This document shows, one piece after another, positions 51,776 to 62,386 of a stretch of DNA of 64,000 nt (within the stretch, counting starts at the first letter, position 1; every line of letters starts with the position of its first letter). The notes beneath the pieces were generated by a model. That model made no database searches, was not told the DNA's origin, and worked only from the letters and a program-made list of their open reading frames with translations. This DNA comes from an uncultured Nitrospiraceae bacterium (GTDB lineage: Bacteria > Nitrospirota > Nitrospiria > Nitrospirales > Nitrospiraceae): positions 288,001 to 352,000 of the forward strand of contig CAVSTP010000004.1 in assembly GCA_963730935.1 (NCBI GenBank), read 5' to 3'. Position numbers and translations under genes: made by a program.

Positions 51776-52864
51776 ATGTATCTCAACAGTAAAGGGAAAG
51801 TTCCCCGGCAAGCGCATGTCGGCATTCCCGAGGGCCTTTGCGAAGAGGAACACGGCCGAAACGGCTTTGCCGGGCCCGTGTCCCATCTCTACAGAACCCA
51901 TCCGCCGACTGGTTGGGTTCGGATCGACGGACCGCTGAGGCCTCGTGCCTTTATGTGTCAGTTGCCGGCTTCCGCCGAGCCCGTTCTCATGATGCACAGT
52001 CCTGACGCCAGCCTCTCTTTCTCGCACCGGATCGAAACCATGCGCTATTTCGTGCGCGACTCGGACGGGGATGCAGTCTATTTTGTCCATCGGGGAACAG
52101 GGCGGTTCGAGACGGATTATGGAACGCTGCCCTACGAGCCCGGCGATTACGTCACCATTCCCAAAGGAACGACCTACCGGATTCATGTTGATTCGGGTCC
52201 GGCGGTCTTTCTCATTATCGACACACCCGAGCCAATTGCGTTGGCGGAGCGAGGGCCGCTGGGTCAGCATGCGCTTTTCGACAGGGGAGTCCTCGTTGTG
52301 CCGGAATTGACCACGCTCGAGCGCTCCGAGCCGGAGGGAACAGAGTGGGAAGTCCGCATTAAACGTCAAGGAAGCTGGACACGGGTTATCTATCCGTTTT
52401 ATCCAATGGATGTCGTCGGATGGAAGGGTGATCTCTGGGTCGCAAAACTCAATGTGCGCGACTTCAGGCCGGTCACGAGCCCCCGTTACCATCTTCCACC
52501 GAGTGTTCACGGAACGTTTCAAGCGGGCGGCTGCCTCATCTCCACGTTCGCGCCGCGGCCGCTTGAGACCGATCCCGAGGCACTACGGGTCCCCTTTTAC
52601 CATCGGAACATGGACTATGATGAAGTGCTCTTCTACCACGATGGCGAGTTTTTCAGCCGCGCCGGTATGCAGCCGGGCATGCTGACCTTGCATCCACAAG
52701 GCATTCATCACGGGCCGCAACCGAATGCGGTGGAAGCCAGCAAGGCCAAGACTCACACGACCGAAGTCGCAGTAATGATCGAATCCAAGCGTCCATTTAC
52801 CGTGGACAATGCCATGGAGGCGATCGAAATCAAGGACTATGCCTTGAGTTGGAGTCATCGATGA
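51776..52864 (+). CDS. hmgA: Homogentisate 1,2-dioxygenase
   Basis: EEEHGRNGF, DVVGWKG, HLPPSVH, PFYHRNMDYDEVLFY, HPQGIHHGP. Confidence 0.93.
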   Translation: MYLNSKGKVPRQAHVGIPEGLCEEEHGRNGFAGPVSHLYRTHPPTGWVRIDGPLRPRAFMCQLPASAEPVLMMHSPDASLSFSHRIETMRYFVRDSDGDAVYFVHRGTGRFETDYGTLPYEPGDYVTIPKGTTYRIHVDSGPAVFLIIDTPEPIALAERGPLGQHALFDRGVLVVPELTTLERSEPEGTEWEVRIKRQGSWTRVIYPFYPMDVVGWKGDLWVAKLNVRDFRPVTSPRYHLPPSVHGTFQAGGCLISTFAPRPLETDPEALRVPFYHRNMDYDEVLFYHDGEFFSRAGMQPGMLTLHPQGIHHGPQPNAVEASKAKTHTTEVAVMIESKRPFTVDNAMEAIEIKDYALSWSHR

Positions 52865-53838
52865 AACTGGTGACGTTTCAGATCGGCACGCCACTCGGCC
52901 CCTTTAGCCGCGTGGGCGCGTTGCACGGTCAGCATGTGGTGGATTTGAACATGGCCTATGTCCGATGGTTGTCAGATCAAGGGGAGGCGCAGCCACACCG
53001 GTTGGCCGATGCCCAGGTGCCATCGATCATGTTGGCATTCCTGGAAGGAGGCCCATCGACAATGGCAGCGGCGCGACGTGCATTGGATTATGTCGTCGCG
53101 ATTGGTTCTTCAGCCCAAGGTCCAGACGCGGAAACGCTTTTTTATCCGCTGAACACAGTGAAGCTCGCCGCGCCACTTCCAAATCCTTCTTCTCTCCGTG
53201 ACTTTATCGCGTTTGAAGACCACATTGCCGCGACATCAAAGAAACGGGGTCAGCCAATTCCGCCGGAATGGTACAAGTTTCCCGTGTACTACAAGGGGAA
53301 CCATCGCTCGATTATCGGGCCGGATGAAGCGTTGCCGTGGCCGCTGGACACAGCCAAGCTGGACTACGAATTAGAGCTTGCCTGCGTTATCGGACGGAAA
53401 GGACGGGACATTTCTGAACGGAATGCCGGGGACTATATCGCCGGCTATACTATTATGAACGACTTCAGCGCTCGCGACATCCAGTTTCAAGAAATGGCCT
53501 GCCGCCTGGGCCCTGCAAAAGGAAAAGACTTCGCGACAGCTCTCGGACCTAGTCTCATGACCCCTGAAGAAATTGTCGATCTCGATGCATTGACCATGAT
53601 TGCCAGAGTAAACGGAGAGGAGTGGTCCAGGGGTCGCTTTGGGACCATCCACTGGTCCTTTCCCCAAATGATCGCACATGTCTCGCGGGGAGAGACAATT
53701 TACCCCGGCGATGTGTTCGGTTCGGGAACCGTGGGAGGGGGCTGCGGGTTGGAGTTGGACCGCTACTTGAAGCCGGGTGATGTTGTGGAGTTGGAAATTC
53801 AGCCCATCGGCGTGTTGAGGACCCAAGTCGTCGCATAG
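52861..53838 (+). CDS. fahA: Fumarylacetoacetate hydrolase family protein
   Basis: RDFIAFEDH, PVYYKGN, LDYELE, NDFSARD, GPAKGKDF, SGT. Confidence 0.88.
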   Translation: MKLVTFQIGTPLGPFSRVGALHGQHVVDLNMAYVRWLSDQGEAQPHRLADAQVPSIMLAFLEGGPSTMAAARRALDYVVAIGSSAQGPDAETLFYPLNTVKLAAPLPNPSSLRDFIAFEDHIAATSKKRGQPIPPEWYKFPVYYKGNHRSIIGPDEALPWPLDTAKLDYELELACVIGRKGRDISERNAGDYIAGYTIMNDFSARDIQFQEMACRLGPAKGKDFATALGPSLMTPEEIVDLDALTMIARVNGEEWSRGRFGTIHWSFPQMIAHVSRGETIYPGDVFGSGTVGGGCGLELDRYLKPGDVVELEIQPIGVLRTQVVA

Positions 53839-53853
53839 GCACCGGGAGGCCGC

Positions 53854-54606
53854 ATGGCAACAATGACGGTGGAGCAGACCCTCGCCGAACTGGAGCAACG
53901 CCATCGAGCCCTCTACGCCACACCGGAGATTGATGCGAGACTCGCCAGCATCGTTCGGGCAGGACCCCACACCAACCTAACCGACGGAGACATCCTGCAC
54001 ATTTTGCGCTCGGCTCGCTCCGTCTTTTTCGATACCCATGTCGAAGTGGTGTCGGGTCATCACACGGCCACCTACCTTAGATTCGAATCCATCGCCCGTT
54101 ATCCCGATTTGCTCAGACTGATCGCCGATGATATGGCGGCCTGGATCAAACAAACATTCCAACACGGGGCCGTCGCCGGATTGCTGACAACGGCCTCGGC
54201 GGCCCGAACCCTGGCTCAGGGAGTGGCAGAGCGGCTTCAGGGGGCACCGCCTTTGCGCGTGACATTGACTCCCTACAACTGCGAGACAGGACGAATCGGA
54301 ACCGACATCAAGGCTGGAGCCGTTGCAGCCCAGGAAGCCTTTCTTGCGCTCAATGACGTCACCACACGCGGCAATTGTGTGAGCAAGCTCGGAAAGGTCA
54401 TCACCGACAACGGCGGGCGCCTCGTCGGCATGATGGTTTTTGCCAGGCGCGACAGCGGCCAGTTCCCCCTGGTGAAGGACTTGGTCGCCCAATACCCGTT
54501 TTATTACGCCGCGGACCTCGAGATGCCGCAGTGGGAACCGGCACAGTGTCCTCTGTGCCGGAGCAACAAGCCGCTCGTGTCTTGGAAAGACATGCCTGAA
54601 CTCTGA
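53854..54606 (+). CDS. Type I phosphoribosyltransferase-fold protein (PyrE-like, degenerate)
   Basis: SGHHTATY, LNDVTTRGN PRPP-loop variant, WEPAQCPLC tail. Confidence 0.7.
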   Translation: MATMTVEQTLAELEQRHRALYATPEIDARLASIVRAGPHTNLTDGDILHILRSARSVFFDTHVEVVSGHHTATYLRFESIARYPDLLRLIADDMAAWIKQTFQHGAVAGLLTTASAARTLAQGVAERLQGAPPLRVTLTPYNCETGRIGTDIKAGAVAAQEAFLALNDVTTRGNCVSKLGKVITDNGGRLVGMMVFARRDSGQFPLVKDLVAQYPFYYAADLEMPQWEPAQCPLCRSNKPLVSWKDMPEL

Positions 54607-54633
54607 CGCCCATTACTCTGCGAGGAGGGACTC

Positions 54634-55662
54634 ATGGACCTGGCAGACGTGACCAGCCAAATCAAACGAGCCGACCTGCTCCACATGTATTACTACCTCC
54701 GGCTTACCAGAGCTCTGGAGGATCGCATCACCGCGCTCTATCGTCAGGGGCGGATCGTCGGCGGCTGTTACACCAGCCACGGCATGGAGGCCATCGCAGT
54801 CGGGTATGCCTCCGCACTCGAGCATGACGATGTCATCGCCCCCTTCCACCGCGACATGGGAGCCTTCCTGATTCGAGGCATCACGCCGGGCGAAGTGCTT
54901 GCGCAGTATTTGGGAAAGCGGACAGGCCCGACGAAGGGCAAAGATGGCAACGTGCACATGGGTGATCTCAAACGTGGGATCATCGGCTTTGTCAGTCACT
55001 TGGCCGATAATTTACCGGTGGCAACCGGCGCGGCCTTGGCCTTCAAGATGAGAGGAGAGTCGCGCATTGTCGTCGCCGGGACCGGCGACGGGGGAACCAG
55101 CCGCGGAGATTTCCACGAAGCCATGAATTTTGCGGCGGTGCGGAAGCTTCCCGTGGTGTTCTTCTGCACCAACAATCAGTACGCCTATTCGACGCCGCTC
55201 CGCTTACAGATGGCGATTACCGACGTTGTTGAGCGGGCTAAGGCGTACGGAATGCCGGGGGAGATTGTGGATGGGAACGATGTCGCGGCCGTCTATCTGG
55301 CGGCCAAGCGCGGAATCGCTAAAGCCCGTGCCGGTGAGGGACCAACTTTCTTCGAGTTCAAGACCATGCGCATGCATGGCCACTCCGAGCACGACCCGGC
55401 CAAATACGTCCCCCCAGAGCTCCTTGAAGAATGGAAAAAACGAGATCCGATTCTAGCAGCAGAGCGCCTGCTCCTTGAGGCGGGTTATGGGGATGAAACC
55501 TACTTCCATGAGATCGGCGAGCGGGTGAAAAAAGAACTGGAAGCCGCCCTGGAATTTGCCGAGAAGAGTCCGTTGCCGGAAGGACCGGAAGCCTTGGAAG
55601 GAGTTTTTGCCACAGACGCCGATATCTCTCACCAAGCCACCCATTCAAGGAGCGCCGCATGA
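54634..55662 (+). CDS. 2-oxoacid (probably branched-chain) dehydrogenase E1 alpha
   Basis: GDGG..GDFHEAMN...NNQYAYST TPP motif; RMHGHSEHD. Confidence 0.92.
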   Translation: MDLADVTSQIKRADLLHMYYYLRLTRALEDRITALYRQGRIVGGCYTSHGMEAIAVGYASALEHDDVIAPFHRDMGAFLIRGITPGEVLAQYLGKRTGPTKGKDGNVHMGDLKRGIIGFVSHLADNLPVATGAALAFKMRGESRIVVAGTGDGGTSRGDFHEAMNFAAVRKLPVVFFCTNNQYAYSTPLRLQMAITDVVERAKAYGMPGEIVDGNDVAAVYLAAKRGIAKARAGEGPTFFEFKTMRMHGHSEHDPAKYVPPELLEEWKKRDPILAAERLLLEAGYGDETYFHEIGERVKKELEAALEFAEKSPLPEGPEALEGVFATDADISHQATHSRSAA

Positions 55663-56657
55663 CTACTGCAACATCGCACGCGACTGGAGAGGTCACATAC
55701 CTGGAGGCCATTTCCCAAGCGCTGGATGAGGAGATGACGCGAGACGAGCGAGTGTTTCTGATGGGGGAGGATATCGGGCAGTATGGGGGGGCATTCAGGA
55801 TTACCGAAGGCTTCTTAGACAAGTATGGCGAATGGAGAATTCTCGATACCCCGCTGGCCGAATCCGGATTTGTCGGCGCAGCGATCGGCGCAGCGATGAT
55901 GGGGTTGCGTCCGGTCGTCGAGATGCAGTTTGCGGATTTCATTTCTTGCGCCTTCGATCAAATCACCGAGGTGGCGGCCAAGAATCACTACCGCTGGGGT
56001 GCTGCGGTGCCGATGGTCATCCGTGCACCCTTTGGTGGAGGTATCCACGGTGGGCCGTTCCATTCGGAATGCCCGGAAGGTTGGTTCTTTCACTCGCCCG
56101 GGCTCAAGCTTGTCGCGCCGTCAACGCCCTACGATGCGAAAGGCTTGCTCAAAGCGGCAATCCGCGACCCGAATCCGGTCATTTACTTCGAACACAAATT
56201 TCTTTACCGGCGCATCAAGGCGACTCTGCCAACGGACGATTACATCGTCCCAATCGGCAAAGCCGACGTAAAGCGGCCGGGCAACGACATCTCGGTCATC
56301 ACGTACGGCGCCATGGTGCATCTGGCCCTAGAAGCGGCGCAGATGCTGGCTAAGGAAGGCATTGACCTGGAAGTCGTGGATCTCCGCACGCTGGCGCCTC
56401 TCGACAAGGAGGCGATCTTCTCATCGGTGCAGAAGACGAGCAAGGCCATTGTCTTGCACGAGGACAATAAGACCGGTGGCATCGGCGCCGAGATCGCTGC
56501 ACTCCTGGCGGAAGAATGCTTCGACAGTTTGGACGGCCCGATTGTGCGCATTGCCGCGCCCGATACGCCGGTGCCCTTCAGTACACCACTGGAGGAGTTT
56601 TTTCTGCCGAAGACGGCTGACATTGTGACTGCAGCGCGCACACTGGCCGCATATTGA
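55659..56657 (+). CDS. 2-oxoacid dehydrogenase E1 beta
   Basis: GEDIG, DTPLAE, EMQFADF, HGGPFHS, FEHK. Confidence 0.93.
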   Translation: MTTATSHATGEVTYLEAISQALDEEMTRDERVFLMGEDIGQYGGAFRITEGFLDKYGEWRILDTPLAESGFVGAAIGAAMMGLRPVVEMQFADFISCAFDQITEVAAKNHYRWGAAVPMVIRAPFGGGIHGGPFHSECPEGWFFHSPGLKLVAPSTPYDAKGLLKAAIRDPNPVIYFEHKFLYRRIKATLPTDDYIVPIGKADVKRPGNDISVITYGAMVHLALEAAQMLAKEGIDLEVVDLRTLAPLDKEAIFSSVQKTSKAIVLHEDNKTGGIGAEIAALLAEECFDSLDGPIVRIAAPDTPVPFSTPLEEFFLPKTADIVTAARTLAAY

Positions 56658-56676
56658 ACGCACATTGGGTGTGATT

Positions 56677-57819
56677 GTGGCCACCGATATCATCATGCCT
56701 CAACTCGGCGAAAGCATCGCGGAGGGCACCGTGGTGAAGTGGCTCATTCCCCTTGGCGGCGCGATTGAAAAGGACCAATCCTTGTTGGAGGTCGAAACCG
56801 AAAAAGTTGATCTCGAAGTCCCCTCGCCGGCGACCGGCGTGCTGAACGAGATCCTCGTCAAAGAGGGTGAAACAGTGGCCGTCGGAACGCTGTTGGCACG
56901 AATCGACAGTGCGCCTCCGGCGGAGGTGATCAGCCGCGTGGGCGGCGTCGTGGTTCGTCCCGTCGACTCGGACGCCGCAGGTGAGGAGCATCATTCTCCT
57001 GCCGTCCGGCAGTTGGCGAAAGAACATGGTGTGGACCTTGCGCATCTGAAAGGGACAGGGGCCGGCGGGCGGGTCAGCAAGAAAGATGTGCTTGAATTCG
57101 TTGCGCGGAATTCAGCACCTGGTAAGGCGACAGCGGCGAACGGGGAGCCCTCCATGGGGGAGGAGATTCTCCCCCTCAGCCAGATGCGCAAAACCATCGC
57201 GGACCGGATGGTCAAAAGCCGACAGACCTCCGCACACGTCAGCACGTTTTTTGAAGCCGACTTTTCCAGCATCGCGTCCTTCCGGGCAGGCCGAGATCTG
57301 ACGTATTTGCCGTTTGTCGTCCGTGCCGTCACGCGCGCCCTCCGCGATGTGCCCATTGTCAATTCGACATGGGGAGACCAAGGCATCGTCATCAAGAAGG
57401 ACCTTCATATCGGGATCGCCACTGCGCTGGAAGAGGGATTGCTTGTTCCGGTGGTGCGGCATGCCGATCGCAAGGGCCTTACGCAGTTGGGGAAAGAAAT
57501 CGCGGATCTGGCCGAGCGCGCGAGATCCAAGAAGCTTAGCCCCGATGAGGTGCAGGGCGGGACATTCACGATTACGAACCATGGCGGCTTCGGCAGCTTG
57601 TTCAGCACCCCGATTATTCACCAGCCGCAAATTGCCATCCTCGGAGTGGGCGCTGTCCAGAAGCGTGCTGTCGTGGTCAACGAGGCGATTGCGATCAGAC
57701 CGATGGGGTACCTGAGCCTCTCGTTCGACCACCGGGTCATCGATGGGGCAACGGCGGATCATTTTATGGCAAAGGTGAAACACTATCTTGAAGCCGGTCA
57801 CTGGGAGCAGATCTTGTGA
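56677..57819 (+). CDS. Dihydrolipoamide acyltransferase E2
   Basis: Lipoyl domain ETEK, E3-binding GTGAGGRV, DHRVIDG. Confidence 0.93.
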   Translation: MATDIIMPQLGESIAEGTVVKWLIPLGGAIEKDQSLLEVETEKVDLEVPSPATGVLNEILVKEGETVAVGTLLARIDSAPPAEVISRVGGVVVRPVDSDAAGEEHHSPAVRQLAKEHGVDLAHLKGTGAGGRVSKKDVLEFVARNSAPGKATAANGEPSMGEEILPLSQMRKTIADRMVKSRQTSAHVSTFFEADFSSIASFRAGRDLTYLPFVVRAVTRALRDVPIVNSTWGDQGIVIKKDLHIGIATALEEGLLVPVVRHADRKGLTQLGKEIADLAERARSKKLSPDEVQGGTFTITNHGGFGSLFSTPIIHQPQIAILGVGAVQKRAVVVNEAIAIRPMGYLSLSFDHRVIDGATADHFMAKVKHYLEAGHWEQIL

Positions 57820-59000
57820 AACCATCATTAAATGCCGTCATTGTCAGTGCCGTACGAACTCCGATGGGCAGTTTCAACGGCGTCTTTAGTTCCGTACCGG
57901 CGACGAAATTGGGTAGCGTCGCCATTGCCGGAGCGCTGCAGCGGGTTCGCGTGTCCCCGGGGAGTGTGGATGGCGTCTATATGGGGTGCGTGCTGAGCGC
58001 CGGCCTCGGTCAGGCTCCGGCCAGACAGGCATCGATTGGAGCGGGAATCCCGCAGTCGGTCGGTGCCGTGACGGTCAACAAGGTCTGCGGCTCGAGTATC
58101 CAGACCGTCATCATGGCCTCGCACGCCGTTGCACTTGGTGAGGCCAAGATCGTCGTGGCAGGCGGGATGGAGAACATGACTCGCGCTCCCTATCTTCTCG
58201 AGAACGCGCGTCAGGGTTATAAGCTTGGCCATAAAGAGTTGGTGGATAGCCTCATCAAAGACGGATTATGGGATGTTTACAACAATTTCCATATGGGCGA
58301 CGGCGGGGAGTTGTGCGCAAGTAAATACCGGCTGACACGACAGCAGGTCGACGACTTTGCCCTGGAAAGCTATCGGCGCGCGCGTGAAGCCATGGCGTCG
58401 GGCGTGTTCAAACGAGAGATCGTGCCGGTCGATGTGCCGCAACGCAAAGGTCCGGCTGTAACGGTTTCCGACGACGAGGAGCCCAATCGAGCCGATCTCC
58501 GCAAGATGCGCGACTTGAAGCCGGCGTTCCAGGAGAACGGCATTTTGACTGTCGGCAATTCGCCTTCCTGTAACGATGGAGCCGCAGCGTTGATTGTCAT
58601 GGCTGAAGGGGAGGCTGCGCGTCTTGGACTTACCCCGATGGCGCGCATCGTCGGATATGCCGGAGCCGCGCTGGCGCCCGAGTGGTTCACGATCGCGCCG
58701 ATCGAGGCGATCCAACGTGTGCTCAAGAACACAGGGTTGACGATCGGAGACATCGATCTGTTCGAAATCAACGAAGCATTTTCGGCCGTGTCTCTCGCCA
58801 TCCACCGCGAACTAGGCCTCGACGACAAGAAGGTGAATGTGAACGGCGGGGCGGTCGCCCTCGGGCATCCCATCGGTGCGACCGGCGCCAGAATCCTGAC
58901 GACACTGCTTCATGGTATGGAAGCGCGCGGCGCAAGGCGGGGATTGGCCAGCCTCTGTATCGGCGGCGGAGAAGCGTTGGCAATGATCGTGGAGCGGTAA
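57816..59000 (+). CDS. Acetyl-CoA C-acetyltransferase (thiolase)
   Basis: NKVCGS, NEAF, GHPIGATG, CIGGG. Confidence 0.95.
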   Translation: MKPSLNAVIVSAVRTPMGSFNGVFSSVPATKLGSVAIAGALQRVRVSPGSVDGVYMGCVLSAGLGQAPARQASIGAGIPQSVGAVTVNKVCGSSIQTVIMASHAVALGEAKIVVAGGMENMTRAPYLLENARQGYKLGHKELVDSLIKDGLWDVYNNFHMGDGGELCASKYRLTRQQVDDFALESYRRAREAMASGVFKREIVPVDVPQRKGPAVTVSDDEEPNRADLRKMRDLKPAFQENGILTVGNSPSCNDGAAALIVMAEGEAARLGLTPMARIVGYAGAALAPEWFTIAPIEAIQRVLKNTGLTIGDIDLFEINEAFSAVSLAIHRELGLDDKKVNVNGGAVALGHPIGATGARILTTLLHGMEARGARRGLASLCIGGGEALAMIVER

Positions 59001-59004
59001 CCGG

Positions 59005-59916
59005 ATGGCGAACGGCTCGATCATGCAATCCGACGATATCAAGATCATCGGCGTCGTGGGCGCGGGCCAGATGGGCCGCGGAATCGCGCAGGTCTGCGCG
59101 ACGGCTGGATATCACGTGCTGCTCGTGGACGTTGCCGAGCCGCTGTTAGCCGGGGCCGTCTCTAAGATACGCGCCAGCCTTGATCGCGCCATTGAACGTG
59201 GCGTGCAGTGCCAGATCGAAGAGGTGCTTGCACGGATCCAACCGGTGATGCAGATCGATCGCTTACGCGACGCCCAGTTGGTCATCGAGGCGATTCCCGA
59301 GGTTCTGGCTCGCAAGCAGGCCCTCTTCGGTGAATTGAACCGGCACTGTCAGCCGCATGCGATTCTGGCCAGCAACACCTCGTCGATTTCAATTACCAAA
59401 TTGGGTGCCGCATCCGGCCGACCCGATCGAGTCCTCGGCGTGCATTTCATGAATCCGGTTCCCGTGATGCGGCTCGTGGAGATTGTCCAGGGTCCCGAAA
59501 CTTCGCAACATACTTTGCAGATGGCCATGGAGCTCTCGCGCAGACTGGGGAAGGTGCCGGTCGTGGCCAAAGATGTTCCCGGTTTTATCGTGAACCGCGT
59601 GCTGATGCCCATGATCAACGAAGCCGTGTTCGCATTAGAAGAGGGAGTCGCCTCTGCGGAGGATATCGATCTGGCGATGACTACCGGAGCGAATCATCCC
59701 GTCGGACCGCTGGCGCTGGCGGACCGCATCGGCTTGGACACGGTGCTCGCGATCTGCGAGGTGCTCTATCAGGATCTGGCTGATCCCAAATTCCGTCCGT
59801 GCCCAATCCTGCGCCGCTACGTCGAGGCTGGCTGGCTGGGTCGAAAAGCGGGACGCGGATTCTATTTCTACGAAGCAAGGGGAGCGCGCCAGGAGGCCAC
59901 CAGCAATAAGATGTGA
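59005..59916 (+). CDS. hbd: 3-hydroxybutyryl-CoA dehydrogenase
   Basis: [32 protein letters not shown]. Confidence 0.9.
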   Translation: MANGSIMQSDDIKIIGVVGAGQMGRGIAQVCATAGYHVLLVDVAEPLLAGAVSKIRASLDRAIERGVQCQIEEVLARIQPVMQIDRLRDAQLVIEAIPEVLARKQALFGELNRHCQPHAILASNTSSISITKLGAASGRPDRVLGVHFMNPVPVMRLVEIVQGPETSQHTLQMAMELSRRLGKVPVVAKDVPGFIVNRVLMPMINEAVFALEEGVASAEDIDLAMTTGANHPVGPLALADRIGLDTVLAICEVLYQDLADPKFRPCPILRRYVEAGWLGRKAGRGFYFYEARGARQEATSNKM

Positions 59917-59926
59917 GGATGGATCG

Positions 59927-61522
59927 ATGCAAGAACGCCGCGATCGCTTTCACACACTGTCCGGACTCGAGATCAACAGCCTGTACACCCGCGACGATCT
60001 GAAGAATTGGTCGGCCGGGGAGGATCTGGGCACTCCAGGCTCATACCCCTACACCCGCGGCGTCTATCCCACGATGTACCGCGGCCGGCTCTGGACGATG
60101 CGGCAATTCGCCGGCTTCGGCTCAGCCGATGACACCAACGTTCGCTTTAAATATTTACTCGAGCACGGGCAAACCGGTCTCAGCGTCGCATTCGACATGC
60201 CCACACTAATGGGGATCGATGCGGATGATCCGCGCGCTCACGGTGAAATCGGACACTGCGGTGTGGCGGTGTCCTCCCTGGATGATATGGAACGTCTGTT
60301 CGCCGGAATTCCGCTCGATCGGGTCACGACGTCCATGACGATCAATGGACCGGCGGCCGTCATTTTTGCCATGTACCTCGCAGTCGCGCAACGGCGTGGC
60401 GTCCCTCACGAACAGCTGGGCGGCACGTTACAGAATGACATCCTGAAGGAATATATCGCCCAGAAGGAATGGCTGTTCCCGCCCGAACCTTCGCTCCGTC
60501 TCATCACCGACACGGTGGCGTACTGCACAACGCACATACCCAAATGGCACCCGATCAGTATCAGCGGCTACCACATTCGGGAGGCCGGTTCGACGGCGGC
60601 CCAGGAGTTGGCCTTTACCCTGTACGATGGACTGACGTACGTGGAGGAGGGCATTAAGGCCGGTCTTCCTGTGGATCGCTTCGCCCCGCAGTTGTCTTTC
60701 TTCTTTAACGTGCACAATGACTTCTTCGAAGAAGTCGCCAAGTTCAGAGCGGCCCGGAGGCTTTGGGCCCGTGAGATGACGCGTCGATATCGCCCCAACG
60801 ATCCGCGGTCGGCTCAGCTCCGCTGTCATGCGCAGACAGCGGGGTGCTCGCTTACGGCTCAGCAGCCGATGAACAATGTGGTGCGGACGACGCTTCAGGC
60901 CCTGGCAGCCGTATTGGGCGGAACCCAATCGCTCCACACGAATTCAATGGACGAAACGCTCGCCCTGCCGACTGAACAGGCCGTGAAGCTCGCGTTGCGT
61001 ACGCAGCAAATCATCGCTCACGAAAGCGAGGTCGCGAACAGCGTGGATCCGTTAGGCGGTTCGTACTTGGTCGAAACGCTCACGAATCGACTCGAAGAGG
61101 CGGCGCTCGAGTATTTCAGGAAGCTGGACGACATGGGCGGCATGGTCAACGCGATCGAGCGGGGCTATCCACAGCGGGAAATCCTCGATGCCTCACAGCG
61201 CTACCAGCGGGAAGTGGAGCAGGGACAACGGATCATCGTGGGCGTCAACCAGCACGTTGAGGAAGAGGTGCATCCGATACCGACGTTGAAAATCGGGGCG
61301 GAGGTCGAGCAGGAACAGGTGGCGCGGCTGTCGGATCTCCGAAAGACCCGCGACCCGTTCAGAATGGCCGGCGCCGTGGAAGAGCTGCAGGAAGCGGCGT
61401 CTTGCGGTGAGAACGTGATGCCCTATTTGATCGAGGCAGTGAAGGCCAAGGCGACACTCGGGGAAATTTGTACGGCATTGCAGGAAGTCTATGGGGTCTA
61501 TCGGGAACCGGTAGTGCTCTGA
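59927..61522 (+). CDS. icmA: B12-dependent acyl-CoA mutase large subunit, isobutyryl-CoA mutase type
   Basis: RQFAGF (Phe at the MCM Tyr89 position), [14 protein letters not shown] (Gln at the MCM Arg207 position), SGYHIREAG. Confidence 0.8.
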   Translation: MQERRDRFHTLSGLEINSLYTRDDLKNWSAGEDLGTPGSYPYTRGVYPTMYRGRLWTMRQFAGFGSADDTNVRFKYLLEHGQTGLSVAFDMPTLMGIDADDPRAHGEIGHCGVAVSSLDDMERLFAGIPLDRVTTSMTINGPAAVIFAMYLAVAQRRGVPHEQLGGTLQNDILKEYIAQKEWLFPPEPSLRLITDTVAYCTTHIPKWHPISISGYHIREAGSTAAQELAFTLYDGLTYVEEGIKAGLPVDRFAPQLSFFFNVHNDFFEEVAKFRAARRLWAREMTRRYRPNDPRSAQLRCHAQTAGCSLTAQQPMNNVVRTTLQALAAVLGGTQSLHTNSMDETLALPTEQAVKLALRTQQIIAHESEVANSVDPLGGSYLVETLTNRLEEAALEYFRKLDDMGGMVNAIERGYPQREILDASQRYQREVEQGQRIIVGVNQHVEEEVHPIPTLKIGAEVEQEQVARLSDLRKTRDPFRMAGAVEELQEAASCGENVMPYLIEAVKAKATLGEICTALQEVYGVYREPVVL

Positions 61523-61537
61523 AGCGGAGGCCATACG

Positions 61538-62386
61538 ATGAAGCTCGGGGCATTCGACATTTATCCCGTCAGCGACGGCCGGTTTGCGCTGGACGGTGGG
61601 GCCATGTTCGGAGTTGTTCCGAAGGTTATCTGGGGGCGATGCTGCCCGGCGGATGAGTTGAACCGCATTCCGCTGAGTCTCACCGCTCTTCTCATCAGGG
61701 CCCATGGCAAACACATCCTGGTCGATACAGGGCTGGGGGCCAAAGAAAACGAAAAATTTCACACCATGTTTGCCGTGGAACGCGTGCCGACGCTGCAGGA
61801 GTCACTGAAGCGTCTCGGCCTGTACCCGGAAGACATTGACTTCGTGATCAATACGCACCTCCATTTCGATCACGCGGGAGGTAATACGACGACGGCGGAC
61901 GACGGGACCGTGCGTCCGGCCTTTCCAAAAGCGCGCTATGTGGTTCAGCACGGCGAATTTGAAGACGCTGCCCGCACCAACGAACGCACGCGGGCCAGTT
62001 ACCGGCGGGACAACTTTACTCCGGTCGCACACCTCAATCAGTGGGAATTCCTTCACGGCGATACTGAACTGGTTCCGGGAGTGAAGGCCATCGTCACCGC
62101 CGGTCACACGCGCTGGCATCAAAGCGTCAGAATTGAATCGGAAGGAAAGATCGCGTTCTTTCTCGGCGATTTGATCCCGACCGTCTCCCATCTCCCGCTT
62201 CCGTACATCATGGGCTACGACCTTTTCCCCATTCAGACGTTGGAGACGAAACGCTGGGTGCTGGATCGCGCATTCGAGGAGCAGTGGCTGCTGCTCTTTG
62301 AGCATGATCCGGTCGTCCAGGCCGGATACGTGCGGAAGGATGAGGAAGGCAAATATCTTCTTCAGGAGGAGACAGCATGGCAGTAA
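61538..62386 (+). CDS. Metallo-beta-lactamase-fold hydrolase (YtnP-like)
   Basis: [35 protein letters not shown]. Confidence 0.9.
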   Translation: MKLGAFDIYPVSDGRFALDGGAMFGVVPKVIWGRCCPADELNRIPLSLTALLIRAHGKHILVDTGLGAKENEKFHTMFAVERVPTLQESLKRLGLYPEDIDFVINTHLHFDHAGGNTTTADDGTVRPAFPKARYVVQHGEFEDAARTNERTRASYRRDNFTPVAHLNQWEFLHGDTELVPGVKAIVTAGHTRWHQSVRIESEGKIAFFLGDLIPTVSHLPLPYIMGYDLFPIQTLETKRWVLDRAFEEQWLLLFEHDPVVQAGYVRKDEEGKYLLQEETAWQ

